Assembly: GCF_036971445.1 (NCBI RefSeq)
Contig: NC_091469.1
Span: forward strand, 270,196,001 to 270,260,000
Length of the DNA: 64,000 nucleotides
Source of the DNA: Narcine bancroftii
Taxonomy: Eukaryota
Reading direction: 5' to 3'
The notes below the pieces were generated by a model, which worked only from the letters and a program-made list of their open reading frames with translations, was not told the origin of the DNA and ran no database searches. Shown piece after piece: positions 13,545 to 26,157 of this stretch (its first letter is position 1; the number at the start of each line of letters is the position of its first letter). The position numbers and the translations under genes were made by a program.

Positions 13545-14110
13545 AAACCTCCAAAGGGTTGTTAACTTGGCCTGTGACTTCATGTCTTCACTTTATTGAG
13601 GACATCTACAAGACATAGTGTCTTAAGAAAGCAGCCTGTATCCAGTGGTTCTCAACCTTTTTTGGTCTAAGGCTCACATGACATCTGGCTTAACATGTGG
13701 TGGATGACCAGTGGCAATGACTGAGCAATACTTTCAAGTCAAAGGCAGTTCTGTAAGAAATACATTTTAGCTAATTTAAAGTATTTTATTTAACATTTAT
13801 TAAGTCCAACATGGCAATGCACTGCATGGCCCACTGATTCAGAACCTCTGCAGCCTCAAGGAGCCCCACCACTCAGGCCATGCCCTCTTCACTCTGCGAC
13901 CATCAGAAAAAGGTACAGTTACATGCAGACAGGCACTCAGCAGCACAAGGACAGCTTCTTTATCTCTGCCATCAGATATCTGAATGAACAATGAACCACA
14001 GACTCTACCTTACTTTGCCTTTTGCTTTTTCTTGCAAAATTTTTATTTATTTTGTAATGTGGTTTTTATAAATTTTTATAACAATAAATTCCGATTCTAT
14101 GCAGGGAACG
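13545..14110 (+). mobile_element. Rex1/Babar LINE 3' fragment interrupted by a hAT-type MITE (about 13643-13850)
   Basis: Similar to the 3' end of the 20525-23420 element (aggacatctacaag...cacaaggacagcttct...aataaatt.cgattct). The insert starts CAGTGGTTCTCAACC and ends AGAACCTCTG. Confidence 0.7.
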
Positions 14111-15214
14111 TAAATAAATCTCCACTCATTGGCCCAATTTTTGATTTAAAAAATGCACAGAAAACATTGGAAAAGCAAAGTAAGAAGACGACTTGCAATC
14201 ACAGTCAAACTGGGTTTTGAGCATTTTAACATAACAGGCAAATCAGACTCATGCACAGAGGCTTCCTGCCATTCCAGAAGCTGCTCTGTCATCTCTGAGT
14301 GGTAGAGGAACTGGCCATCTCTGCACTAGAAGCCATCCTGCATACCAAAACAGAAAACAATTGGAAATTGCATTTTTTTTTTGCATGGTGACCACAGCAT
14401 CGGACCACTGAAGGGCTGTGAGGCTGAAAAACACGCAGACGGTAGGCTGTTGGCGACCTGAGGCGAGGAACCCACGCAGGCTCTGGGCTGCTGGAGACTG
14501 TGCTCAAAGGACTCATACCAGGCTGCAGACTGCTGGAGACTGGCTGAAGGGGTACCAAGATCACATTCTCTGTTTTATTACATGACAATAATTTGGAATC
14601 TTGAATCTCCTTCTCACTGTACATGCCCACATCAAAAAAAAATCTAGATAGGAACAAGGTCTTTTCTCATTGTCTTTGCTTCTTTCTACAGTACATTGCT
14701 TTTAATTTGTCCAAACAGGTTTTATTTTTCAAAATACCTCACCCATTAATCAAACATATGGATAGTTTCTCAGGTATAGCACTGAAGAATGATGACCAGA
14801 GGGTCCGACAGCAGTTGTACTTTTTTGGGGGGGTGCGGTTCTTCATTCTGGTAATTCTGGTCTGAGACAGAAGCGTGCAACTAACTTTCCTGTTCCTGAC
14901 CATCAGCACAAATAAAGAAGAAAGACTTAAGCAGAGATCGGCTCAGGACTATTGCACTGGACAACAAAGATTTGCTACCTGAACACATTTGGGGGCATTT
15001 TATAGATTTTTGGGCTGCTGATCATGAAAATTACCTTCAAATTTTCATATCATGTACCGTCTTTAGATATGACGTATTTTGTGATTTCCTGTCATATTTT
15101 AAGCCTACTGGCATATTGCCCACAAAACAAGCTTTCTTGGTCAGTCGAAACATGCCTGGACAGTGCAGGTGCTATGTAACTATTGTCAGGCTATAAGCAG
15201 GTCACATATACAGA

Positions 15215-16045
15215 ATCATATTCAGATTTATTGTCAGAGTACATACATGACATCACATACAACCCTGAGATTCTTTTTTTCTTGTGGGCGAGGCAGAATT
15301 ACTACTTCTTGGTAGTGCAAAAAAAGTGTACTTAAGATACACATGTAAACAAATAAAGAAATGTAAACAAACTGATTGAGTTTGTTGTTGAGGACTCTGA
15401 TGGTGGAGGGGTAACAGCTGTTCCTGAACCTGGTGGTGCGAGTCTTGTGGCACCTATACCCCTTTCCTGATGGCAGCAACGAGAACAATCCTTGATGATT
15501 GTTGCCATCCTCTGAAGGCAGCATTCCCCGTAGATGTTCTCAATAGTGGGGAAGGTTTTGCCTGTGAGGTCTTTTGGATAGTTTTACGCTCAGGGGTATT
15601 GGTGTTCCCATAGCAGGCCATGATGCCACTGGTCAGCACACCTTCCACCACATTTCTGTAGAGAGTTGCCAGTGTTTCTGGTGTCATACCAAACCACTGC
15701 AAACTCCTGAGGAAGTAGAGGCATGATGCCATTAATGGGCTGAGTCCAGGAAAGATCCTCCAAAATAGTGACTCGCAAGAACTTTTGGCTTACCCTCTCC
15801 ACCTCTGATCTCCCAATGATCACTGGATCATATACCTCTGATTTTTCCCTTCCTGAAGTCAACAATCAACTCTTTGGTTTTGGTGACGTTGAGTGCAAGG
15901 TTGTTGTTAGTGCATCATTCAGCCGTTTTTAATCTCCCTCCTGTATGCTGACTCGTCACCTTTCTTTATCCAACTTTCAGCAAATTTGTAGATGATGTTA
16001 TTGTCGTACCGAGCCACACATTCATAAGTATAAAGTGAGTAGAAC
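15215..16045 (-). mobile_element. Rex1/Babar LINE 3' fragment
   Basis: Minus-strand VERVSQKFL.VTI.EDLSW, LYFLRSL..FGM, and an aataaatctgaat..gattctg tail. Confidence 0.8.
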
Positions 16046-16322
16046 AGAGATGCTAACCCTAATGCTAAATTTAATACATTAATTCAATGTTTCTCCAACT
16101 TCCTACATGATACAGCAAATCTGAAATTATCTTGTACTCAGCTTCAAGCTGTCTATCATGAATCCCAATATTTTTTTAGGAAGCAAACTTTAAAAAAAAA
16201 TGTTGTCAGTGTTACTTGCAGCTCTGTCTCCTACATAGTGGAATCTTGCTCATTTGTGCTTCCACTTGGAAGAAACTTCAGGAAAGAAAGGATATAAATA
16301 GGGAAAAAAAGGAACAGCTTAC

Positions 16323-16533
16323 CAATGATCGCAAATTGCATGGGAATGGAACTCAAGCATTTTGCACTTTTAGTGGATGAAGCAGAGAAATCATCTTCGA
16401 AAGCAGAGTACACGGTCTGTGTCCCATTGCTGTGGGTCAGGAGAATGGTTTCTCTTGGATACTCATCGACCATCAGTTCCAAGGTGTACACACCATTAGT
16501 CCCAAACCCATTATATTGAAGGATGCAATTTTC
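16323..16533 (-). CDS. ZP-domain gene, coding exon 5 (ENCILQYNG..GVYTLELMVDEYPRETI...LSSIPMQFAII)
   Basis: cttgcag acceptor, G|gtaagc donor, 211 nt, phase 0->1; lies inside ORF 16231..16698. Confidence 0.88.
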
Positions 16534-17049
16534 CTGCAAGATATCAGGCAAGACAAATATTTTTTCTTCTCTAAATATCTTTATTACAGAGCCCAAGAGT
16601 CTTTTGCTCATTTTTTGCCAGGATTGGGATCTCTGAAAAATCTGTTTTCCTTTCCTTCTACAATTGTTAGGCTTTAAAAACCCAACGTTTGAGCCCACTT
16701 AATTATTTTATCTATACTTTTCATCAACACTAAACTCTTGCTCAATGGCATTAAACATTCACTGTGGTTTCACAATTATAAAAAAAAACAAATGGATATA
16801 AAAATCGAGTCATTCAGGGCAAGGTGACTCAGAGTTTAGATTACAGCTCCTGCCACAACTTGTCTCAGAACCTCTGAGCACACATGATGAATTGTAGAGG
16901 TGTGAAATGATCCAGAGTCAGGGCATCAAACCCACTCCATCAATGACCTACATCACTGCAATGACATTCTCAGTCAGGAGGTATGTAATAGAATCAAGGG
17001 ATTATTGACTCTGAAACAGCCATGTCCAGGAAGCCAATTCACTTCATAA

Positions 17050-17645
17050 TAAACAAACCAAGAATTGGTGGAGGAACTCAACAGGCCAGACAGCAACCAT
17101 GGTAGAAATGGTCAGTCAACCTTTTTGAACAAAACGTTTTATCAAGACTAGGATATAAAAGGTAAAATTACATACATAATGGGGAAAAGGAGATGGGGTC
17201 GAGACCCAAAGGAGAAAGGACAGAAGGTGTAAGAGGTGAAGAGATGGATGGAGGGAGAAACCATCAAGAAGGGGACGGGAAGCAAAGTTAGAGAAAGAAA
17301 ATAAAATGAATATAGGATTAGGTAAAGAAGAGATGGAAAGGGTGCAGATGGGGATATGGGTAAAAAACAAAATCGATGTTCATGCCATTATGTTTAAGGC
17401 TGTCCAGGTGAATTGTGAAGTGTTGTTCCTCAAATTTGTGTTTAGCCTTACCCTGACGATGGACGTGGCTAAGGACAAACATGTCACTGTAGGAAGGGTT
17501 GTGGAGTTAAAATGATTGATTCCAGGAAGTTAGACCCACAAACAGAGCATCGGTGTTCAGCAAAGTGGTCACCCAATCTGCATTTGATTGCACCAATGGA
17601 GAGGAGGCCACACCAGGTACACCGAATGCCCTAGATTAGGTTGCA
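17050..17645 (-). mobile_element. Penelope-like element remnant (GIY-YIG endonuclease end)
   Basis: Minus-strand translation of about 17550-17640 gives IRCTWCGLLSIGAIKCRLGDHFAEH, a degenerate CGLLYIGETKRRLGDRFAEH. Confidence 0.7.
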
Positions 17646-18090
17646 CGATGGGCATGTTTTTTTTTTAAATTTTGCTTAACTTTATATTTAATTTGTTTAG
17701 CTATTGTTCTCATTTTAACATTTCCAAAAGCTTTCAGGAATGGTGAAGTATCTGGAATGCCTCTCAACACAGAGACACTCAGTTCAACCTAATCAGAACT
17801 ATTTAATGCAGGCTGGAATGAAAAGTTCTGGCCATGGGCCAGATCCAGTATATGTTCATCAACACAGGGAGGAGGTTTTTAAATATTGGAATGGAGCAAA
17901 GATTCTAACAGAAAATAAAGTAATTCAAGTCCAAATTAAATTTATTTTGTCTAATTCTGCCACCTAAGGCAAGTGATTTTCAAGGAACCGGTGTGTGTGG
18001 GAAGGGCGGGGGGGGGGAGGGGGGTGAGGGGAGAAAAACTTAATGGAACAGACTGATTTAAACCAGAACATAGGAAAGACATTTAACTAC

Positions 18091-18229
18091 CTGATGCAAC
18101 TTAACAAAATCATGTTGGGTACATTGGGCACATTCATGCCTTGCCTGTAGTCCATAGCGGCAATTTATAATATCTCCATTCCTCTCATATATGGTCAGGT
18201 TATAAGTGGCATTGCAATTCTGAGGCACC
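18091..18229 (-). CDS. ZP-domain gene, coding exon 4 (RVPQNCNATYNLTIYERNGDIINCRYG...ECAQCTQHDFVKLHQ)
   Basis: ttttccccag acceptor, CAG|gtagtt donor, 139 nt, phase 2->0. Confidence 0.88.
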
Positions 18230-19131
18230 CTGGGGAAAAAGAAAAGAAGACTCTTGATAAGAAGATAATCCAGTCAGCAGGATGTGGAATGCTCAGCCTG
18301 ATCATTATTTTCAATCATATCTCATCATACTGGATAGCCTCACTTTATAAGGTATTGCTTTGTACAATCTCCAAGCTTCCCTCTAAATTCCTCTGAAGAG
18401 CTCAAAGAGATGTAAAGATATTAACAGGCTCACACTGCAATGTCCATTTTTGGGCACTTTCTACAATTAACTCGAGCTTTATTTCCCCCCAACAAATCCA
18501 GAAAATGAGATCAACTGTATGTAATTACACCGAGGTTAATCAATTTGCTCCTAGTTAAACATGATCAAAAAGGTTGGTCTGGGACTCGCATTTAAGCCCA
18601 ATAATTCTGAAATCAGAATGTGCCAATGCTAAGCCCAGTTAATTTTATGAGATTTATTTGTTGTTTAAAATAGGCTGCGTGGAAACTGTTTAAATGAAAG
18701 TGACAGATGAAAACTTTCCACTGCTTTTCTCAAAGCAGAGCCTGCATTTAATTTAACCATGAGGATGTCCTTGGTAATGTTAGAGGTAAAGAATATTAAA
18801 ATAATTTTAAAAAGCATACCCAAGGTTTGGCACCTTATTTGTGTTGTTTTAACCAGTCCATATTTGAGCTCATGTCCAGAGCATAGTGATTGACCTCAAA
18901 ATCTTGGTTGAGGAAGAGAAGTCCTGACCACTTGGCCTGATTTCTTGCTAGAGAGATGCTGTTCAGGATTAAGCTAGATAACCTCCATGGTTGAATAATG
19001 GTTCATTGTCTGGAGGAGAGCATGCATGACTATTGAATGAAGCACTCAGGACTGCACAATGAACACCTTCAGGGAAGAAGATGGCAAAAAATGGGGGTAG
19101 TATGATTGAAATGTAGATTCTGATGCTTTAC

Positions 19132-19284
19132 CTTAAGACAGGTAACAGAGGAAGTTGTGGAGGTGCATTGACTGCTGCATCATCCGAGCGCTTTCCCAAA
19201 TCCGCAAAGAGAGAAAACGTAAATTGAAAGCTCTCTGTTTCCCTTGAAGACTCTATGTAGGGTGACCAACAACAACCATATGAC
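19132..19284 (-). CDS. ZP-domain gene, coding exon 3 (KSYGCCWSPY...ADLGKRSDDAAVNAPPQLPLLPVL)
   Basis: tttgtttacag acceptor, AG|gtaaag donor, 153 nt, phase 2->2. Confidence 0.88.
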
Positions 19285-20059
19285 CTGTAAACAAAAAAAA
19301 AGTCCTGCTTACTTCTGAAAGGAGGTTCATTGGACTGGCAGTAGTGCTAAGTTGTCGAAATCTGGCTATAGCAGCCCCTGGCACCCTTTCCCCACATCCC
19401 CATCCCATAACCACACCACCTCAAATTCCCCGCCACCCTTCAAAAACCAGTATATTTCTAGTCCTCAGCCAAGCCGAGTAGATTGCTGAATTCTGACTCT
19501 CCGGCTTGTCTTTTTCCTTTAGCTTGCTTCCTATCTGTTTTTAAAACTGCACAGCTATGTCTGAGCTCCTGTCAGAAACTCAGTGACATGCTAAATATAT
19601 CTCTATCTTCTTTAGTGGATGATGAGGTGTGGTACATTAGGCAAAATTATGATCATGTAATTCTGAAAGCCAAATGAAATATGGAAAAAAAATCAGCTAC
19701 AAGCCTTGGAAAAGAATTAGAACTGCTATAAAAGTGGTTTGACAAGATAGACCATGAGTCATGACTAGTCATGTGCAAAAAGGGAGCATTCTTGGAGATA
19801 AATTATCGTCTGTTAACGAGATGGCTGCATGAACCATGATTTTAGTATTAAACATATTTTCAATAACAGGGGTATCGGTTAATTGGGTATAGATTGGGCA
19901 GCTTGGACTCGTGGGTCGAAATGGCATGTTACAGTGCTGTATGTCTAAATTTAAATTTAAAGAGATTCACCAGGATATTGCTGGGCTTTAGTTACAAGGA
20001 GACATTGGTTAGGCTGGAGTTGTTTTCCCTGGGGCACAAGAGGCTGAGGGATGATCTTA

Positions 20060-20189
20060 TAGGTTCTCAATCTTTTTCTGTCCACTCACATACCACTTTA
20101 ACTAATCCCTGTGCCATCAGTGCTCTGTGATTAGTAAGGGATTGCTTAAGGTGGTATGTGAGTGAAAAGAAAAAGGTTGAGAACCACTG
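20060..20189. mobile_element. Short hairpin-like hAT-type MITE inside a CR1 3' fragment (about 19960-20500)
   Basis: Ends GGTTCTCAATCTTTTT ... AAAAAGGTTGAGAACCACTG; internal arms cactcacataccac / gtggtatgtgagtg are reverse complements. Confidence 0.7.
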
Positions 20190-20524
20190 TAATAGAGAGT
20201 ATTAAAGGTATTAGGGGCATAGAAAGAGTAGATAGTTACTGTATTTTATTTTAAGGGTAGGGAAGTCTAAAACTAGGAGACCCAGGTTTCCAGTGAAGGG
20301 AAAATATTTAAAGGAAATCTGAGGGGCAAGTTTGATCAACACAAGTGCTGTATGTAAAACAAGATGGCCGAGAAGATGGTAAAGGTGGTAATCACAACAT
20401 TTGAAAAAGCATTTGATCAGGTACATATCTAGGAAAGAAATAAGGGAATACAGGAAAATAAGATTAAAAAAGATTGACATCTTGATTAGCACAGATAATT
20501 TTTATTTAAAATGTAGCCATACAG

Positions 20525-23420
20525 GATAGAATTGGCAATCTCCATCAGGGCGAGGGACCTTTAAATGGCTCACACAAGTACAACAACTCCTCCACGGCTG
20601 TTTTAAACAGCTCAAGCAGGTACAACAACAACTCTAGCATGGACCCATGAGCCAGGTAAAGAAGACCCGGCCACTTTGGTGCCGAGAAGGGCTACAGGTC
20701 AAGCTGAGCAGCCGGGACCTGAGGCTTCTGCTCCCTACCATCCTCCTGGCCAACGTACAGTCCTTGGAGAACAAACCTGATGAACTCCAAGCCAGACTTC
20801 AACATCAGAGAAACATCAGGGTCTGCTGCTATATGATCTGCTTTACAGAAACATAGCTAAATGCGGACATTCCGGACACAGCACTGTAGCCCAAAGGCTA
20901 CACCCTCTATCGCACTGATCGAAAACTGGCATCTGGAAAAACCAGGAGAGGTGCTCAGACATGACAGTCATGTCCCAGTCCTGCTCCCTGGACCTAGAAC
21001 ATCTGGCGATCAAGTGTCGCCCATTCTACCTTGCCGTGGCAATTCACTGCCATCATCCTAGTTACAGTTTACATTCCGCACCTGGCTAACGTCAGGACTG
21101 AGCACTGTGATAAACAGCCATGGGGCAGCACATCCAGATGCCTTCCTGATCATTGTGGGAGACTTCAATTAGGCCAACCTGAAGAAGTCTCTGACAAACT
21201 ACCACCAACACGTCACATGTGAGACCATGGGAACCAACACACTGGACCGCTGGTACACCACCATGAAAAACGCATACCAAACCATACCACAAACGCACTT
21301 TGACAAGTCTGATCACCTGGCTGTACTTCTAGTCCTGGCGTACAAGCAGAGACTAAAGACTACAGCGCCAGTGGTGAAGACGATGATGGCGTGTCGAGGG
21401 AGGTGGAGGAGCATCTGCAGGACTGCTTTGAATCTGTGGACTGGAACATATTCAAGACTCATCCATAGACTTGAATGAATATGCAACAGATGTCACTGAC
21501 TTCATCAAGACCTGCATGGATGAGTTTGTGCCCACGTACAAATACTGGGTGTTCCCCAACCAGAAGCCCTGGATGAATCAGAGAATCTGCAACCTGCTGA
21601 GGGTAAGAACAAGGGCACTTAAGGCTGGGGATCGAGATCTTTATAAAGAGTCCAGGTATGACCTTGAGAAGGCCATCTCCAAAGCAAAGTGGCAACTCTG
21701 GAGGAAGCTAGAGACAAAGACAGATACATGCCAGTTATGACAGAGAATGCAGGCCATTACAGTCTACAAAGCAAAGACAAACACTATAATGGCTGCGATG
21801 CTTCACTACACGATGAGATGAACACCTTCTATGCCCACTTTGAGAAGAACTAAACAATGCCTACTAGAATCCCTGAAAATGCTGAGGGCGCTGTGATATC
21901 TGTCTCTGAGGTCAACATCATTCAAGAGGATGAACTCTCACAAGGCATCAGGCCCTGAAGGCGTATAAGGCATGGTATTGAAAATCTGCACCAACCAACA
22001 AGCCACAGTATTCACGGACACTTTCAACCTCTCATTGTGGCAGTCAGAGATACCCATCAGTTCAAAAGGACATCAATCATCCTGACACCCAAGAAGAGTA
22101 GCGTGGGCTGCCTCAACGACTACCACCCAGTAGCACTAACATCTACTGTGATAAAATGCTTTGAGAGGCTGGTCATGGCCAGAATTAACATGTACCTAAG
22201 TAAATATCTGGACCCAGTGAAATTTGCCTATTGTCACAAATCGCTCCACAACAGATGCAATATCACTGGCTCTCCACTCAGCTCTGGATCACCTCGAAAA
22301 CAGCAATTCATACATACAGCTGCTCTTCATAGACTACAGCTTGGCCCTCAATACCATTATTCCCTCAGTGCTGGTCAAGAAGTTACAAACTCTAGGCTTC
22401 TGTACCCCCCCCCTCCCCCCCAACCTCTGCCACTGGATCTTTGGCTTTCTCAAGACCACAGTCAGAACGAATTGGAAACAACGTCTCTTCCTCACTGATC
22501 ATCAACACAGGCGCACCGCAAGGATGCGTGCTTAGCCCACTGCCGTACTTGTGATACACCCACAACTGTGTGGCCAGGCATAATTCAAATGCATCTACAA
22601 GTTTGCCAATGACACCACAGTTGTTGGTAGAATCACAAACAGCAATGAGGATGCGTACAAAAGTGAGACTGATCAGCTCGGTGAATGGCGTAACAACAAC
22701 AACCTTGCGCTCAACGTCAGCAAAATCAAGAAGATGATTGTGGACTTCAGGATGATATCAGGGGAACTTGACCCAGTCCTCATTGAGGGCTCAGTAGTGG
22801 AGAGGGTCAAGAACTTCAAATTCCTGGGTGTCAACATCTCCAAGGATCTACCTGGGAGCCTCCATGTTGATGCAATCATAAAAAGGGCTCACCAGCGGCT
22901 CTACTTTATGAGGTATCTGAGGAGATTTGATATGTCACTGAAGACTATCGCAAACTTCTACAGGTGCACCGTGGAGAGCATTCTGGCTGAATGCATCACT
23001 GCCTGATACGGAGGTGCCAACTCTCAGGACAAGAATAAACTCCGGAGGGTTGTTCATTCGGACTGTGATGTCTCAGGCACCACTCTATCAAGGACATCTA
23101 CAAGAGGCCGTGTCTTAAAAAAAGCAGCTTCTATCCTTAAAGACCCTCACCACCCAGGCCATCGGGGAAAAGGTACAGGAGCCTAAAGACAAGTACTCAG
23201 TTGCACAAGGACAGCTTCTTTCCTCACTGCCATCAGATTCCTGAATAATCAAGAAATGGATTAGGGTACTGCCGTACTTTTCATGCTTTATTATTGTTAT
23301 TATTAATTTTATTTTTTATAGTAATATTGAAAGATGATTATAATATGAATGTCTGTGCTGTGATGCTGCCGCATAACACCGAATTTCATTACTTGTTCAT
23401 GACAATAAATCCTGATTCTG
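20525..23420 (+). mobile_element. Near full-length Rex1/Babar LINE (APE endonuclease + RT), decayed
   Basis: LPTILLANVQSLENK..CFTET (endonuclease), CLNDYHPVALTSTVIKCFERLV and VERVKNFKFLGV (RT region), tail aataaatcctgattctg. Flanked by ATACAG direct repeats (20519-20524 and 23421-23426). Confidence 0.9.
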
Positions 23421-23622
23421 ATACAGCACAGTAACAGGTCATGCTGCCCGATTTACACCCAATTAACCTACACCTCTGATACATTTCAACCAGAGCTCCC
23501 AGGGAAAACCCACACAGATGCAGGGAGAACATATTAATTCCTTACAGTGCGAGATTGGAACCCCATCCCAATCGCCAACATGGTAAAGACGTTTCACTAA
23601 CCACTACACGAACCGTGCTGCC
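23421..23622 (-). mobile_element. HE1-like SINE whose tail was split by the Rex1 insertion
   Basis: atacagcacagtaacagg...ggaaaacccacacagatgcagggagaac; the rest of the tail lies at about 20500-20524. Confidence 0.65.
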
Positions 23623-25149
23623 CTATTTGGACCAAACAGCCTTTTTCCATGCTGTACGACTCCGTGTTGATATAGATCAATTGAACAAAGCAAAAATAAT
23701 TCTAAAAAGGAACTGGCATTCCTCATTGCTTAATTACTCTTTATCCCTGTCAAGAAAGACAAAACAAAGGGCAGACCAGAGCTGGAGGAAATGCTCAGTA
23801 AATCAGGCAACGCTGGTGAGGAGATAAATACAGACTCTCTGCTACAGATGGAGAAATTGCCACTTCTAATATAAACAGTGCAAGCGAGCTAACTGAAAAT
23901 ATGGAACTCAAAGCACTAAATCGCAAGCCAGGTCATGGTTATACTGGCTGATTGTTCTTCAGAATAAAGCTGCGAACTGCACTTGCAAAATGACAAGGCT
24001 TTGTGCCTTACTCCGCAAAACCTGAATGCTCTCAAACTATGGATATTAATATTCTAATTCTCAAAAAAATCATTTATGTCCTATTTAATGGAGCCAATGA
24101 ATATTGGATAATGCATAACAATGACCCTGTGGAGAATTCCATTTCTAGATCTGCATCAATCCACTTTCATCATGCTGTAAATTCTGGCATTTCAAACCTT
24201 ATTTGGAAGTGCCTTCAACCTGCTGTCTTTAACCCCACGCCCCAATTCACTAATGACTAGGTGGGGAGATGAATGCCTTTGCTACTGGTAGCATCATCCT
24301 ACAGAAATATTCAATGCAACTTAAATGTCTTCTCAGGGAAGGGGGGAGGGGGACGGGAGGTTGGAGAGGTCTTGGCAGGGATTAATTCATTTCAGGAAGG
24401 TTAGGAAAAGAATCCCAAATTTCAGTGAATACATATTGAACTAATAATTCTTAAATGTAGGAATGGAGTGATTGAAGGATATAGAAAAGAAACTAAATGG
24501 TTAAAAAGTGAAACAGTGAAAGATAAAGTTGCAGAAGACTGAAGGACAAGATCAAAATGATGTTAGAACAGGGACATAAGCTGATTTATCAGCAAGGATA
24601 TTTTTATTATGAGTAAATTTGAGAAGGCAACCTGAGGGCAATTTGTTGTTACTCAACCTGATGCAAGAGAGGAGGCTGAATAGATTGATTTCTGGAGCAC
24701 ACAAGCTGGGGGTGGATAATTCAAGTCTAGAGATGACAAAGATGTAGTTGAAATGGATGTTAAGTTGATCCTCTTGGTGAAGGTTGTAATCTGTGTGTTG
24801 AAACTCATTATGTGTGTAATGCAAATCAAACTGAGTGTGCAACTAGGCAGGGGGCTGGGAAGTTTCCGCTCAGTTTATATCTGCTCTTTCAGGCATTTCT
24901 GACGTTCCTGTTATAGAATCTGGATTATCCAAGGTATTTATCAAAGACATTCTGACGGTGCAAGAGGTGACAGTGGGGGAGAAGAGGTTGAAAGGGGTCC
25001 CTTGCTTACAAGACCTTATACTTGTACACAGGGAGGAGGTAGATGAGTGATGAGGGAAGACAACTCGAAAGAGGTCAAACAGCTTCAGAGGTGAAGGAGA
25101 CAAGACAGCTGCTCACCGATTGGACTGGCATTGCTCATGGTCTCAAATT

Positions 25150-25375
25150 TGAGCAGCACAGTTAGTGAAACAATTAGCATGACACCTTAATACCTAGTGA
25201 CCCGCCGGTTCAAATCCATTGTTGGCTGAAAGGAGTTTGTACATTTTCCCATTGAGATTCCTCCAGGTGCACTGGTTTCCTCTGGCATGTTAGTAGGTTA
25301 ATTAGTCGTGTGGCAGTGAAGGCTGATGGGTTGGAAGGACAAGTTATCACGATGGATCTCTAAATTAAAAATTAA
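25150..25375 (+). mobile_element. HE1-like SINE (plus orientation)
   Basis: gcagcacagttag...ggttcaaatcc...aggagtttgtacatt..ccc...ggtttcctc, the reverse complement of the other copies. Confidence 0.55.
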
Positions 25376-25741
25376 ATACCAACCGAATAACCACTTCGAA
25401 GAAAAAGTAGAAAACGGGATAATCTATGGATCTGACCGATAAACTGTGGAGGTTTTTGAAGGTTGGCCGAAAGACTGGAATTCTGTAATTCTATTGTGAT
25501 TATTAATGGTGACTGGTGAGTGGTGAGTTAAGTGACAACAGAGTGAATCAGGGAAGGTGGAGTCAAGCAAAGAACTGGGGAGGGCTTCGGGTAATGAGAG
25601 AGGAGCTGTCACTGAGGTTGGTTTCAATATAAAGGGTTAAATTGAGGGAAGGGATGAAAATAAATGTTAAAGAAAAAAGATGGATCATCTAGTATTTTGC
25701 CTCAGATTAAATAAATTAGAATGAAAATAGAATCCACGTAC

Positions 25742-25923
25742 TTCATATCCAGTGGGTCTGTGTCAAGAGCAATTACCGTCTCTCCATCCAGCAGACACCA
25801 GTTTGTAGTGTAGTTGCCATCTTCCACTGCTCGAGTTCTGGAATAAGAGCAGTTTAGAGCCACACAAATTTCATCTGGGCTTTGGGAGCATGGCAGATTG
25901 ATTCCTCTGTAATACATGTGCAC
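25742..25923 (-). CDS. ZP-domain gene, coding exon 2 (VHMYYRGINLPC...NWCLLDGETVIALDTDPLDM)
   Basis: atatcag acceptor, AA|gtacgt donor, 182 nt, phase 0->2; intron 1 is 108 bp. Confidence 0.82.
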
Positions 25924-26031
25924 CTGATATATGCAATTTAATAGTCAATAAACTAGCAAGCTAGGATTACTTCATATGAAACAATTTGTTCACACTGTAA
26001 ATTAACACAGCTGATATACAAAAATCAGTAC

Positions 26032-26157
26032 CTGTAATGTTCCATTAACCAACAAAGTTTCCAAACCAAAGGATGCACCAAAGTAGGAGAACTGCATCGG
26101 ATAGCAGGCTTGAAAGAAGGCAGCACTTATTGCCAATGTCCACATATAAAACCCCAT
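26032..26157 (-). CDS. ZP-domain gene, coding exon 1 (signal peptide MGFYMWTLAISAAFFQACYP...NGTLQ)
   Basis: ATG in GCTATGG Kozak context, hydrophobic signal-like N terminus, CAG|gtactg donor. An upstream in-frame ATG at 26283 also exists. Confidence 0.78.

Noticed and set aside
14770-15200. Possible DNA-transposon remnant
   Set aside because: The sequence looks repeat-like, but I could not identify TIRs, a TSD or a coding motif.
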